From positions 1-64,000 of the forward strand of contig KZ538637.1 of the NCBI GenBank assembly GCA_000934665.2: a DNA stretch of 64,000 nucleotides, read 5' to 3'. A model generated the notes under the pieces. It saw only the letters and a program-made list of their open reading frames with translations. It was not told the origin of the DNA and made no database searches. Position numbers and translations under genes: made by a program. Positions within the stretch are counted from its first letter, which is position 1, and each line of letters starts with the position of its first letter. The stretch is from Catajapyx aquilonaris (lineage: Eukaryota). Shown piece after piece: positions 11,578-24,700 of this stretch.

Positions 11578-13396
11578 ATCAGTTGAAAAATACTCTATAT
11601 GAAAAGGTTTTTGTCGTTAAATTAAATTAAAAGTATATCTGATTAAGATTACTTGTGCACAGCGCAATAATTTCCTATAAGAAAGCATGGGAAGACTACA
11701 CTTGATTACTCGAATAGCCAATGGATCTGTCCTGAATTGGCGTTAACCTAATTGCTATTATAAAGCGGACAATTCTGATAGAGGCCAGCAAAAGTTAGAC
11801 AAATTATTTACATATAATTTCAAATGCTCTTTGCATTTATGATTAACTTTATGTGACACAACATGCCTAAATAGGCGGCTGCTCTGACATCATTAGGTGA
11901 GAAATAGCCGCTAAAACCCTCGAATTACTGCAATAATATTGTAGTGCCGGTTTGACACCTGTTAAAAATTTGCGAGATAGTAATTTCAGAATTTTCAAAC
12001 GTGTATGTAGCCCTAATGATTAGTGACTTCACGTATTCAGTTGTATGCAACAAACAAGGCCCCGATAAGAAGGAAGTTCATTGCATAAAATAGGTTGAAG
12101 CTCTTATTTTGCTACCATAATATATAGGCTACTCTATACGTCGTCACTTTCTGATTGACTTGAGCTCAATTTGACCACTGTTTCCTCATCCAGGGTATTC
12201 CTATATCAAATAATGTTTTAACGTTCTCTCAGCCGGACTTATACGTGCCTGTCAATATAGACCCTGTATTACAAGTCGAAATTACTATATTACACTAGTT
12301 CATTTTGGTGATTCTGATCCATTTCAGATAAACGCACGTTAAGTTCCAGTTTGATAGCATGTACACGATATCATACACGAATTAGGTGACTCATATTAAA
12401 TATTTTGGGGGTAACATCACCCATACTGCACTTGGCAGCAAAAGGGAATTTAATATGCATGCAATAATAATCTCTGTCAAAGCAATAATTTTATGTAATT
12501 CGTCCTGAAATGGCACAAAAGCACCTGTCCGACAGGAACATCATGTGGTAACCACGTACATTGAAATTTAGAAAACAATTCGCATAATATGTTATTCTCA
12601 AGTCATTTAAAAGGAGACTTTATGAAACTGTCGTTTCTGAACATGAATATTCACTAAAATGATTTAGATCACATACTATTGCGCCATAATTTGGCTTGCA
12701 CCTGCAGTTGCATTTTCAACTCTTATATTGAACAAAAACTAACACAATCAATGTATAACCAATGGACTATTTTCAGAACAATCTATTAAATTGAGTGGGT
12801 CGGTGTAAGAAGGCAATTGTACTCTTCCTGAGAACATGTTAATGTTTTACGACTTTACGGAATATTTACGCTACTCTTCGGGAATTTGCTCTCTATTTTT
12901 CCCATAGATCGTACCCAATCGTGATTCAATGTTCAGACTCATTGGAATACAAATATGCTACACCCCATTGAAAAAAGTACAGTCAACTGTTTGCGTTTTT
13001 TGTTTTGGGCAAAAATGTGCATCCATATATCCTAACTACCGGTATTTCCGTATGTAATGATGGAAGGTGGTAAGTGTTTTACGTGCAAAATTTCTACTTT
13101 AAAGGGAGGTTTAGATACTTCTTCCACTGGCCCACTCAATTATTGACAGTATGAAAACATCATAGTACCTCTCACTTATTGTTATCATATTGTGAGGTCC
13201 GTTGTCAGACCTGTACCGTACTTGCGGTTCAGCACACCTGGCTAGCTCATGGGTCCAAATACTGGGTTCAGTAAATGATACTCGGACTGGTGATAACAAT
13301 ACGTGGTTTATTGCTCTGAGGTTACAGCCAAGCAGGAGAGGAGCATCAGAATAAGAGGAAGGAGCTCAGCAGCATCGCTCCTTACATACAGTATTG

Positions 13397-13414
13397 CAGC
13401 CACCAGATGGCGCA
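13397..13414 (+). promoter_or_regulatory. CTCF-like binding motif
   Basis: CAGCCACCAGATGGCGCA matches the CTCF core CCASYAGRKGGCRS. Binding is not demonstrated. Confidence 0.55.
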
Positions 13415-15760
13415 CAAGGACACAATTTCCAAAAGAGGATAAATGCCGTTCTTACAATATGTAATGTAACAAACTCCTATTTTTCACTTTATGGGTCGGT
13501 TCTTTGTCATACATTTTACTATACTATTAACGACAGCAGTAGTGAAAATAATGAAGAGGCTATTAAATATAATTTTATTATAAAATTCCATGTCGCATGC
13601 TGGTTTGTCATGTTGCACCGGTCAGCTAAGAGTACAGTAAAATCTGACTTACAATATTGGAAGTAAATAAGTATTCAACGTTAATCTAAGATATTAAGCA
13701 TTATTATCAATGCATAACACTTTTTCTATTCAAAAATTTACTTTATTGTACATTTTGCAGAATTCTGTGCCATATCATAAGTTAGCCCAATGCAATGGTG
13801 AGATTCTATCAATGCAAGCACGACGCATAGCACAAACTAATACAACCTCACCTACTTCAAAATACCTATTGTGTCAGTAACTGCCAGTATACCGCGCCAC
13901 AGAAGAGCATGATAAACACGATAAGCGAACAGTACTTAGTAAAGTTTGTGAGGGGGGGACAACTCACCAAAAAGTGGCATGTGCTGAGTGCACATGGGGT
14001 GGGTGACAAATAAAAAAACTTGAACCAGAATAGGCGTCCATCAAGGGTCCAACCATCACACTAGTTGTCCTCTTGCTTCTCTCCTGACTCTGGGAACAAC
14101 CATGCACTGAAACTGGAAAGCTTGAAACTTCAAGCCTGCTTTCTCCACAGGGTTCTCTATTCCTGGGGGCCAGTTGTGGCCAAGTCAGAGACCGGATAAA
14201 AAGAGAAAAAAAAATACCCCAAAAAACCACGTACACACGACAAGAAAGGGGACAAAAAAATGCGTTACCATTCATTCCAACTGGCGCTGCATTTTTTTTC
14301 TCTCTCTCTCTACCGCATCTCGTTTGCATGTCGCAAATTGGGGATGGGATCTGTACAGGAGGCCATTGTGCTCACTGGAGAGAAAAGGAAGTAGAAAAAA
14401 AACTGGTCCTGGAAGGGGAAAAAAATGGAGGGGACTCTCCCTTAAAAAAAGGTTCATATCCGCGTCGCGGTGTCGTCAAGGAGCAGGACAACAATGAGAA
14501 CTGGTACCACATGTGGACATTGCAACCCGCTCCTTTTTTGCGTTCGAAAAAAAAGAGCTCACCCCCAGCGTGTATGCATTTGCATGTCATTGACAAAAAT
14601 GGCCAAGGGAGGGTCCAAATTTTTTTTAATGATTTTTTTTGGGAGACCGGACGGCTGTTATGCAAATGCAGGTCGGTGTGGATTAGCCGTATTCAGCTAT
14701 TCTGCTGTCGAAGCGACGGATGTTCAAAGGGTTAAGCTGTGAGAGCGAAGGATGCTGAATGTATGTGACAGAGCCCCTCAGGGTTGGATTGGATGAAAAA
14801 AAATATGAAGAAAAAACGTATATAAAAAGGTGTCCGATGAGAGTACTACTCATCTAGCCAGCCAGCAGGCTTCCTATTCTGCATTAACTCACCGTTACGC
14901 TGGTCGTCAGTGTGGATAATATTGGCAGGCATTTTCTAAAAAAAAAAAAAAAGGAGAGGGCTTGTAATTTTACTGGCCTTTGTCTACGACTTGGGTCCGG
15001 AATGAAGGGTTGGGGAAGGTTCCGGTACCCCCAATTTTTTGCTGATAAAAAAGTTGTGGCTTGGTTCTATTGGGCTAAATATAGCTGCGTGGGACACAAG
15101 AAAATTGTAAGTAGAATATGACCCATGTTTGTATAGATGTTTTTTTTTTTGGATATTTTTTTGTGCGGGGGTGGAGTCCAGAGGGGACTGGAGGTAAAGG
15201 TACAGCGTGTATCTCTAGGGAGTCGTTGGATTCCGGGAGCCTGGTCCCCCGTATCCATCTTCGCACCTTTCGCCACTAGCTTCATCTAAATGCATCATCC
15301 CACACGCTTGCCACATGAGGCTCCGGAAATTGCATTTTTTTTTATCCGTTCTTTCCGGGGCTTGGCGGCTGGGGGGTCAGGATAAATGCGGCATACACTA
15401 ATTTCGGTTAACTGTGACCCACCTTGGTAGATTGGTGTCGTTTTTGTGGTATGAAATAGTAAGGAGGTTCTGTGTTATAGGAATGACCTGCTGTTATTTA
15501 TCATAAATGATGTTATCCCTACAGTATAGTGTACGGGGTCTTATACATTCATACTGCTGGAGTCACTGTCCTATCTAATAGAGGCCGTTGCGAGCGGGAA
15601 TTGGTTTCAGACGATGCCCAGAAGAGGGTCGCAAATGTCTGTCATATGTCAACTGAGTGAAGTAATGAGTTTGGTGGGCAGGTCCGAGTTGCCGCGAGCA
15701 AAAACTTAGCGCGTTTTCTCGCAATTTTTACGCTTTTATGTCACCAGTTTGTTCCGCAGA

Positions 15761-15823
15761 TTTTGTGCGCACGTCGGATTTTTTTTGCGCATGTCGGGAT
15801 TTTTTTACGTAGCCTAAGTCGGA
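15761..15823. repeat. Short imperfect tandem repeat, about 20-bp unit
   Basis: TTTTGTGCGCACGTCGGA / TTTTTTGCGCATGTCGGGA / a degenerate third unit ending GTCGGA. Confidence 0.6.
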
Positions 15824-18800
15824 GACTTGCTGTATAATATTAAGGTAACATATGTGATCTATTTATGTTTCTCATTCTTGGTCTTACAATGATGTGACAA
15901 AATTGACGTATGCAATTGTTCAGTACGATTTTTACACTTATTATCTGCGTCTCTCCTGCCCATCGCTCCTCGTAAAAAATAAATACAAATTGTGGATGAT
16001 GTGCCAGCCGACAGATTGATTCATATGCTTTACTAGGACTATAAGTGTACTTTGCGACTTTCAATCATATTTTCATTAAACAAGTGAATAATATTACTCG
16101 GGTATTTAATATTTTACTTCCTGGGGCATTACAATTTGTAGACTATGATTGTGCACAGGTTCCACACTACAAGGAGAGTTTTAAGATTGCAAATTAGGTA
16201 CAAGAGTATATAAAATGCATTATTTTGACCGTAAACCACAGCGTTATTTTAAAATTTGGTTTAATTTTATTAATTTCAACTTAGTGTATCTGAAAAGTCT
16301 ACATAAAAACCAGAATTTATTTGCCATGAAGTTATTTGAAGAATGAACAAAATGTTAATCACTAGTTTGCTGAACCATAATTACCTGAATAAATAACTGA
16401 CAGTTGACAGGTGATCTATAGCTTTATTATTTGTTACAAACCTATTCAAAGCCTTTACAGGTATACATGTGTTAGCTTACGTCAATTGTGCTGAATTTTC
16501 CTTTGTACTTGTAGAACCTGTGCTTCTCCAGGCAGATTACAAGGAGAAATAAGTATGCCTAATATAACTGGAAGCGTTGATAACCATGTTGGTTATTTTT
16601 ACTATACACAAGAGTGTAGAGTATGGTACTAGCTGAAGCAACTTGTGTAGTAGGCTACTGTACGTAGTATTCAAGAATATATTTATTTCTCACTTTATGA
16701 ATAAATTACTAAACCTGAAGCACCTGATCTAAACGGTACCGGTTGTGATAATTTTGCAATGAGCTCATATAATTATACATCCCGGACTTTTTACACAATA
16801 CACAATTAAATGTCAAAATTACAGGTATATTTACTAGCGATGCATATTTTATAGCCAAATGATGATCTGGATACCTAGACACATTATATAGCCCCAGTCA
16901 AAGAAAAGTTACCGGTACTCCTCTGTACCAAAATACATATGCAATGTAATTTTTATGTTGACATTATGGCTCTGAATTGGAATGATATTTACATGTAGCA
17001 TATGTCATAACGTATATCTCATTCTTATAATATATTAATAAAATAGTCGATAATAATAGTACTATTTGAAAAATTAAGTTGCCATCTTGTTAATTGTTAG
17101 CAAGATGAAAGTTGATCAGTCTCGGTACAATACTTATCGTTTTCGGGCATTTGGATGGGATCAAAATAATGTCAATCCAATCAATTGAAGAAAAAAAATC
17201 ATACAGGCTATTATATGATATCTGGGTCAAATGTGAGTTATGTCACTGTAAGATCCCACGTTATACCTTGCCACAGAACTACATTGAGAGGGTCAAGGAG
17301 TAATTTCTGTTTCTCAGTGGCGGTCAACAAATCTCCCATAAGAAGCACCGTACACGAATATCATGATATTACGTCAGTAATTTCACATTTTGAAACCTCA
17401 ATACAAGAAATGTCCTACCTTGTATCCTGCTATTGCATTGCCACAATATAATCTTCACATACCGTATTTCTGTACCATGCTTATTGTCATATGTTTTTTA
17501 AATGTATATTAATGAGCACTGTAATGTTTGGAGACCCCTACAGGTGGTGTACTGCCTCATAGAAGTAAGGAAAAACGTTACGGGTTGTTTACCACAACAA
17601 CAAGTTTAAAAAGAAACAACAATCACGCCTAATGTTGTCTTGATTGTAACTTTACAATGGGTCGCTTTGATTTCAGATGGTTTCTGTTGTAAACAATCAA
17701 TCCTCATCTTTTGCGCTACCTCTCTCTTGCTATACAGGCAACAGCAAAATGTTACGACTTCCTATATATGCAAAGGTTGCTTTTTTTACTTTTGGCAGGG
17801 TAAGGTTGGACTAGGTGGGCAGAAGAGTGTGGGCAACGGATGTGTTTGGAGTTTAGGGAGTTGTGTGGGCGTATAGGTGTGGAAAAAGTCGTGCAGAGGA
17901 GCAGGTCCTGGAGGGCCCCAGAATGCCCCAGGGCCCCACTGGGGCTGGGAGATGGCGCTGGAAGGCTGGTAATGGCTCCGTCTCGACGTGCCCGGCATGG
18001 CACCACAGAGACAGAAAGGAGATGCGGAGGACCCAGAGATGGAAGAAAGAAACAGGAGCGGTTTGCTCCCAAGAGAGGACTACTGGTCTTAAGTCGGCTC
18101 CTGGAATTGTGGTAATTACCAGGAACAAACTTCTGTTTTTTTTATCAGACTCCCAACTTCCCCAGTTTTTTTTTTGTCGCATGGGGGAAAAGAAAGTTAA
18201 AATGGTATGCAACGACTGACGGTTGTGTAATTGACATTCTCACATACAAACTAGTATACAAGGTACCTATTAATAAAACAAACTCCAGCTTTATTAATCA
18301 GGATTATTATTTTGAATCCATACGCGCGGATTGGGTAATAAATAATTATTCTAACCTAGGAAAAAGAAATGTAGTTTATTCGTCGTGAAATTTGCTGAAC
18401 AACCCATGTTTATTTTCAACAAAAGTGGGTACGATAACAAGACATGCACGTTTTATATGAACGACGACGACGTGTATACTTATTCGCATCTGAACCCCTC
18501 CTCCTTAAAGGATGCAAAATTGGGTTTTCTCGACAAGCCTTTTGGGACTAATTGGAAGCGAATAGCGTCGGGATGCCCACAAAAGGAAAGCGTAGTGGAA
18601 GGATCCCAAGTTTTCCTTCCTATTCAATGCTTGATTGAAGCCGACCGGTTTGCATTCGACCCCCAACAGATGTTTATATCCTCGCTAATTTGTGGAGGCT
18701 CCATTGCCCAATTCATATTAATTCCCCACTTTTCTTCACGACCTGTCATCTGGATGACCCTCGGCAGCCATAATGAAACAAAATAGAACCCGAGTCCTCG

Positions 18801-19183
18801 TCCTAATGAATCATTTCCAGGGGCGGCTATACGTAAATATAGATGTCACACTGCACCTCGAGTGGCAGTCCTGTTTTCCGGAAATAGTTTTGGAAATGCC
18901 AATAAAACCTGTGTGTGTGAGAGAGAGTTTTTTTCCTCCCCCTGTCTCTCATGTCTGGTAAGGAGGGCCGGGGGAAAGAGGGGGAAAAATCCCTACCACA
19001 TCATCCCCCGCGAAACCCAGAATGGCACATTCGCTGTCAACCAATTAGAAGTTCCTGCCACTTTGCTGTTGACAAATGAGGTCGGTGGTAGGCTCTGATT
19101 CCTTCTCTGCCATTCCCTCCTTGAGCCCATTCTCCTGTACGACTTGAGGATGCTGGTTGAGGGTTTTGTATAGGGGGGGGGGG

Positions 19184-19224
19184 NNNNNNNNNNNNNNNNN
19201 NNNNNNNNNNNNNNNNNNNNNNNN
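19184..19224. other. Assembly gap (41 N) between a G run and a C run
   Basis: G11 at 19173-19183 and C16 at 19229-19244. Other Ns at 32709 and 35737-35743 also sit in C runs, and single Ns occur at 39615 and 59133. Confidence 0.95.
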
Positions 19225-19662
19225 NGCAACCCCCCCCCCCCCCCTATGAGTATTGGGTCGTAGTAATGATACCGACGCCATTGGTCCACATAAGCGGAAG
19301 AGGAAATAGGGTTGATTCCTTCTTCCAACCAGTAGCAAATCATCCTTATACACGCACCCACACACACTCTTCCAAACACCCCCACCCAAATAGGCCTAAA
19401 CTTCTGTCGTTTCAGGGAAGGTATTTTGGAGGGACCGCCCCCAGTTGGTTCCCACGGTTCAATGTGGTTCTCCCAAGTAGGCTGGTTTGCATAAATCGAT
19501 AGCCTTAACGGCCACACTTTCCTGAGACTAATCAAGTGCATTTTTTCCCCCCTTCTTAGATTCGTCAGAATGTGCCTGTTAGTTATGGTCAACTTAGGTT
19601 TCGTTTTCATACGGAATATTTACATGGATGTTATTGATTCAGGGAGGGGTTTGTAAAAATTA

Positions 19663-19778
19663 ATGGGTGGAGTTTTTGTCCCACTGATAGCTACTGCTAA
19701 CTTAGCAGTACCAGTGTTGGCCATGGCACTGATAAGTTAGCAGTAACTATATATCAGTGGGACGAAAATTCCACCCAT
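19663..19778. repeat. Imperfect long hairpin (about 52-bp arms); small fold-back MITE or hairpin-RNA candidate
   Basis: ATGGGTGGAGTTTTTGTCCCACTGATAG-CTACTGCTAACTTAGCAGTACCA pairs with TGGCACTGATAAGTTAGCAGTAACTATATATCAGTGGGACGAAAATTCCACCCAT, with about 5 substitutions and one 4-nt indel. Confidence 0.9.
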
Positions 19779-21698
19779 GTTTTATGTGTGAATAAGTAGG
19801 AGTGTTACAAGGTGATCATGTTTACCTGTATCAAATTCAGTGGTAGGTCTACCTGGATGTTTCATGATCAATGGTATACCAACAATACTATACATGTTTA
19901 TACAAATTCCTTCACAGGAGTGTTGATTGATAAGCCTGCGGCATAATTAGTAATACTTGTGGCTAAATAATACTGGAGAATTATTTTACTTAGCTTTCTA
20001 TATTGATATCTTTTGGAAAACCCGATACATGCAAGTACTTTCGACATATTGGCCAAAGGTATTACTCAAATGTTGCTTGTAATAATTTAGGTTTTATTCT
20101 TACAATACAATGCATGAGAGATCCAAGCGGCGAATGTTTTGCGTATGTAGGCGGGAAGAAGAGGTGGATAGCTGCAGTACAGGCCACAGTCTGGGCCCTC
20201 ATCAAATAGTCATGAAGTATGGAATCCTGCCCGTGGAAACACAATAAGTCCGAAATTTAAATATCGTATCCGTTCCCACACGGAAATAGGGGAAAAATAA
20301 GGGTGGAAAGCAGCAAGCAGGGAGGTATAGATTTGCAATTCCAAAGGGATTTTTTTCCCTTTCTTTTTCTTGGAAACCCGTAGGAAGTGGTGAGGTTTGA
20401 TCATGTTAGCATATTGCATGAAAGGCGAGTGTTGAAAGAGAGGGGGGGGGGACGCAAGACAGTGCAGTTAGAAAGCCTCCATTTATAAAACGCGTAATGC
20501 GACTAAAAAAAAGCAATGAACACATGCGCATGTCTCATTGCGTTAACGTAATTCACGCAAAAGACGCAAGTTCCACTGATGGTCTGGGTAATCCCGGTAG
20601 GTATACGATTATTACTCAAGCAGGTGCAGTTGTGCCTACACTGAACCGAGAGGAGGAAACCTGGGACATGATTGCACGCTCAGGAACGTCCGTAAACTCT
20701 GCTTTCGGATATTTGCCTTGCAAAGTGGCCACTTGGGTTGAAATGAAAATACCTTTCGGACCATCGTGAGGGCAAAGAATGGGGGATTTGCTTGCCTGTT
20801 GTACTACAACAACAGCCTGATCTCGGCAGACCGAAATGAGTCGTGTTTTCCTTACATTAGCAGTGTTCAGTCATATATACAACAAGGTGTGACGTGCTGC
20901 AAAACATACGGTAATTATACAGAACGGAGCAACTTTTCATATATGTAGCTGAGTGCGTCACCAAGGCTTCTCCCTTAGAAACAGGGTTGAAAAGTGGAAG
21001 AAAAAGGAAGCGGAAATGTTTCGGCAGCTTCCTTCCTGTCGCTCAACGTCACATCTCCTTATGCTATTTGGTTCTATCAAGGGGATTGAGAGTTCCTTAG
21101 CCCCAGGCTAGCTAGATGGGGATCGGGGGATAAGGAAAAGGAGGAATCCTAAGCCAAATGCAAAGGCTCTTTCCTGCCAAAAGCACGTCTCGGCCAGCTG
21201 CCTCCAAGATCTCATTAGTTGGACCCTCTCTCGGCCCCCGCCATCCCTTCTGCTGCAATAGGATAAACACATTATAGTCTATGAAATTTCGATATTGTGA
21301 AGGCACGGATGGAGCAGGAAGGAATTTATTGCCTTCTGCCGCCCTAACTCTTTCCTGCTGACAATTCCCCATCTGGAGAGGCACACCTTGCTTTATAAAT
21401 AACTCTGCCTGCTTCAGAAACCTGCGTGTATTATGACCTACTTTTATAGACCTATGTTTAGAAAACAATATTTTTTAAATCCTAATAAGATCATATTTTC
21501 ATAATAATTACAGTCATACAATATGACGAAAATTTGAGCAGAATTCGATGCTGGCTGACCACAATATTCAGTGGCTGACCACAATATTGTGGAGATTTTA
21601 AGTTCTTGATTTGTAGCATTGTGGCATACACTTGTTATAGAGTAAACAACAGCGCTTAATTATTTTAATTGCCTTAAGTAAATTATATTAGTTTCATA

Positions 21699-21775
21699 GG
21701 AGGCGGAGTGGCAGAAGCAACGCTCACACCCACAGATATAGGAAGGGATCTGGTTCGATCCCAAGCCCGGGTTTT
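21699..21775 (+). mobile_element. Isolated, diverged 5' tRNA-like head of SINE family 1
   Basis: GGAGGCGGAGTGG...GGTTCGATCCCAAGCCCGGG matches the head of the 631-1047 element (GGAGGCGGAGTGG...GGTTCGATCACAAGCCCGGG). Confidence 0.75.
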
Positions 21776-24700
21776 CCTTTATCAGAACGATCAGAGTCAC
21801 ATATTAGTCAAAATTGAGTTAGATACTGTTAATTATAGTCCTCGAGGGGTACGTTTTGATGATCATGACTTATAGAAAAATTGGAGCATCCTAGAGAAAT
21901 TCTACAAAAACTCATCCCATATTAAACTGAGGAATAATTAAACCTTGAAACTGCGAACTCAGTCAGATGTGACTAATGACTGATTGTTCAGCATTTTAAG
22001 TCTATCAGTATAATAGCGTAATACAGTTGAATGGCCATAGAAACACACTTTGATACTTTCCAGCAGAACTGAGCTATATGTAAGGCATCTTGCGCTTTTT
22101 GACATTACAATAAATGTTTATTCCTTTTGTAGTGGTGTACAGTACCACTCTGTCTGGGTGGTCCGTTGCTATAGGGACAAACCCATGTGTTACTCTCTTT
22201 CACCGCCTTTCTTTGTGCGCCAATATTTCATTTCTTATAGCGTGTGGAACATACAATATCAGCAATGCAAGCATTTCCAATTTTATTGACTCGATCGAGG
22301 ATACCCAATGTTTCGCGTTCCAGATACTTTACCATTTACAGTACGGGTATATATTCACGTATGGATTTTCATAAAATGGATCGTAATTTTCCCGTACCAA
22401 TTTTTTTTTCTAGTGGACAATCGATTTTGTTACAAGTGCATAAATACCGGATCTCGTAGGATCATAAGTTTAGGCTGCTGTAACTGTTTCCGTCACCAAC
22501 ATTTTTTTCTGACCAAAATTATGCGCCCATAAAAACTTTCTGAGGCAACTTGGTAACAGATGTTAATAGTGTCATAGCAAAGGGCTCGTGTCATTCGCGA
22601 GTGTTTTATGCACAGAATATTTGATTGGCCGAGCCCCACAGACACGTCTGATTAAGGAGCACCTGGCCATAAATAAATACCATAAATTGAGCCGACCTCT
22701 ATTCGTGGTGCGTCTATACAGACAGCTACGTGAAATCTTGCCTTAACCCAGAGACCACAACATCCGCGTTCGCATTTGGTGCAGCTCCCCGACCCTTCCT
22801 TACCAAGCACCAGTACCAGCAACCACGACTACCACCACCACCTCTTTCCCAACTTTGCCTTCCAAACCATCACCTTTTTTTTGAGGGGCTAGGAGACCCC
22901 CGCTTTCCTTCCCTCCTAGCACCCGCGCAAACTTTAAGTGCTCTTTTACGCCCCACTACCATGTGTTTCGGACTCTAATTAAGTGTCCGAATTGTAATTT
23001 TGGTCCCCATCTCAAAAGTGGAGTATAACGGTCAGAGAGAAGTTCATAAGGAGTTTTCTTGAGAGTTTCCATAGGGTGGGAGTAGTGGGGGGTTAGGGGG
23101 TGGAAAGGGGGGTTGCTTTTGCACAAGTTTTGGGAGGGCCAACCGCAGAATGGGTAGGCCTGTGCTGCCTGGAGCCACCAGCTGAGCCTCTTTTTTCTGC
23201 CCATCATTGAGATTTCTTTAATTTCCTGCACTAAGTGCTTTAACGGCGCCCAATGCTGGAGTAATGGTTCTTCCAGCCAGGGGCCTGCACACTATACTGT
23301 ACACCACGCTAGCCAGAAACCCTCTAATAACACCGCGTAGGTGTGGCTTTTATTAGAGCCATCAGGAGAGTTGCAAGGCAATCCTTGTGGGGTCAGTGGA
23401 ATTCTCCAGTGGAGGTTGGGGGCATGAGAGCAGAAACTCCTACTTATACAGCTTCAGAATTTCGGTTCTAGTGCTTTTTTTAAAAAAAAGTACGAGCCTT
23501 TCGGAAACTGGGCATTACCTGAACAGCTATAGTCCTGAGAATCATCATGTGTGAGAGAGATGAGAGGGCGTGTATAATATTGCACGCACATTTGCGACTT
23601 CAATTAAGCAGCCATGACGTGGTTGTAGAGTAAAGACGCAAAAGCCGCAGTAGATGTGGAGTGGTAGTTAGCAAGCCGTGTACTTGAGGGGCGTCCTTGG
23701 CTGGTGCATTCGGACGAAGGGTCAGGTGCATCCATCCGACGGCAATCTGATTGCCCGGAGTCCGCCTTATGCTTCTCCTTACCTCAAAGCCAAGACGTTG
23801 ACTCTTAGGAGCACAGACAGGCTCTTGGGGCTCTCCTGCTTTGGTCACGAAGAGTAAGCGTTAATATATGCCAAGGGAGGCGGAATAATGTCCCTTCCCA
23901 GGCAGCAGCCCCCGAGGTCTGTCTAAGGAAGTGGGTGGATGGGTTGAAGGGGGTGGATTGGAAAAGGGGGTGGGTGGAAGAAGGGGGGAGAAGTAAGGGC
24001 AGCTGCGGGCGCCGTCTTAAAGCCCCCTCCTTTTCCTTCCTCCCACTCCTTCTCAGAGAGTGATGTTGTTTAGAGAGGCTGAGCCTTATTGATCTGCGGG
24101 CTGGCCAAGGAGCCGCGGAAGCAGAGCGGAGCTGAGGAGAAACAGGAGAAGGAAGGGTCTCCCACCCACCCATCCACCCACCTTCTTGTCTCTTTTCTTA
24201 CCTAGTATACTGTCTTAGACGCTCCCCTACCTTCAAGCAGCCAACAGTATATCCCCCCTCCTTCCTTCCCTCCCTCCCCTCCCAAGCCGGCACTTAGGGA
24301 GGCCGTCGTCGCTGCCAACCCTTCGTCGGCCAAACTGGCCTTTCCCGCCTAACTCAGGCTCAATTGGGATTACTCGGGGTTTCACCTGCTTGGTGCCATA
24401 CATGAATGACGTGTTTGATTCAATGCGTACCTGCGTATAGAGAGGGATGGCCATGTGCGGTAGTTCAGGTACTGAGCATGGAGTTTACTGGTCTCTCTAT
24501 GCCTAATGAGTCCTTTGTATAGGGAATGGCTCGTTTTAGGAGAAGCACTTGGCGCATCATTATTGCTATTGATAGTAGTGTCCTATCCTGATGTACCAAC
24601 TGGCCTTAAACAAGGTAGGCATTATAGTAAAGCGCATATACTGAGGAAACCTCAGATCATATATTTTCGGGGATCCCAGCTGATTTAAAGTTGCATTTCA

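Noticed and set aside
18385..18786. 133-aa ORF with plausible composition; also 14328..14735, 46756..46980 and 18993..19610
   Set aside because: Mostly non-ATG starts, no recognisable domain and no convincing splice sites. One spans an N gap. Lengths are within chance expectation.
22155..22163. Perfect Ci/Gli site TGGGTGGTC
   Set aside because: A single 9-mer in an AT-rich spacer with no cluster, plausible by chance in 64 kb.
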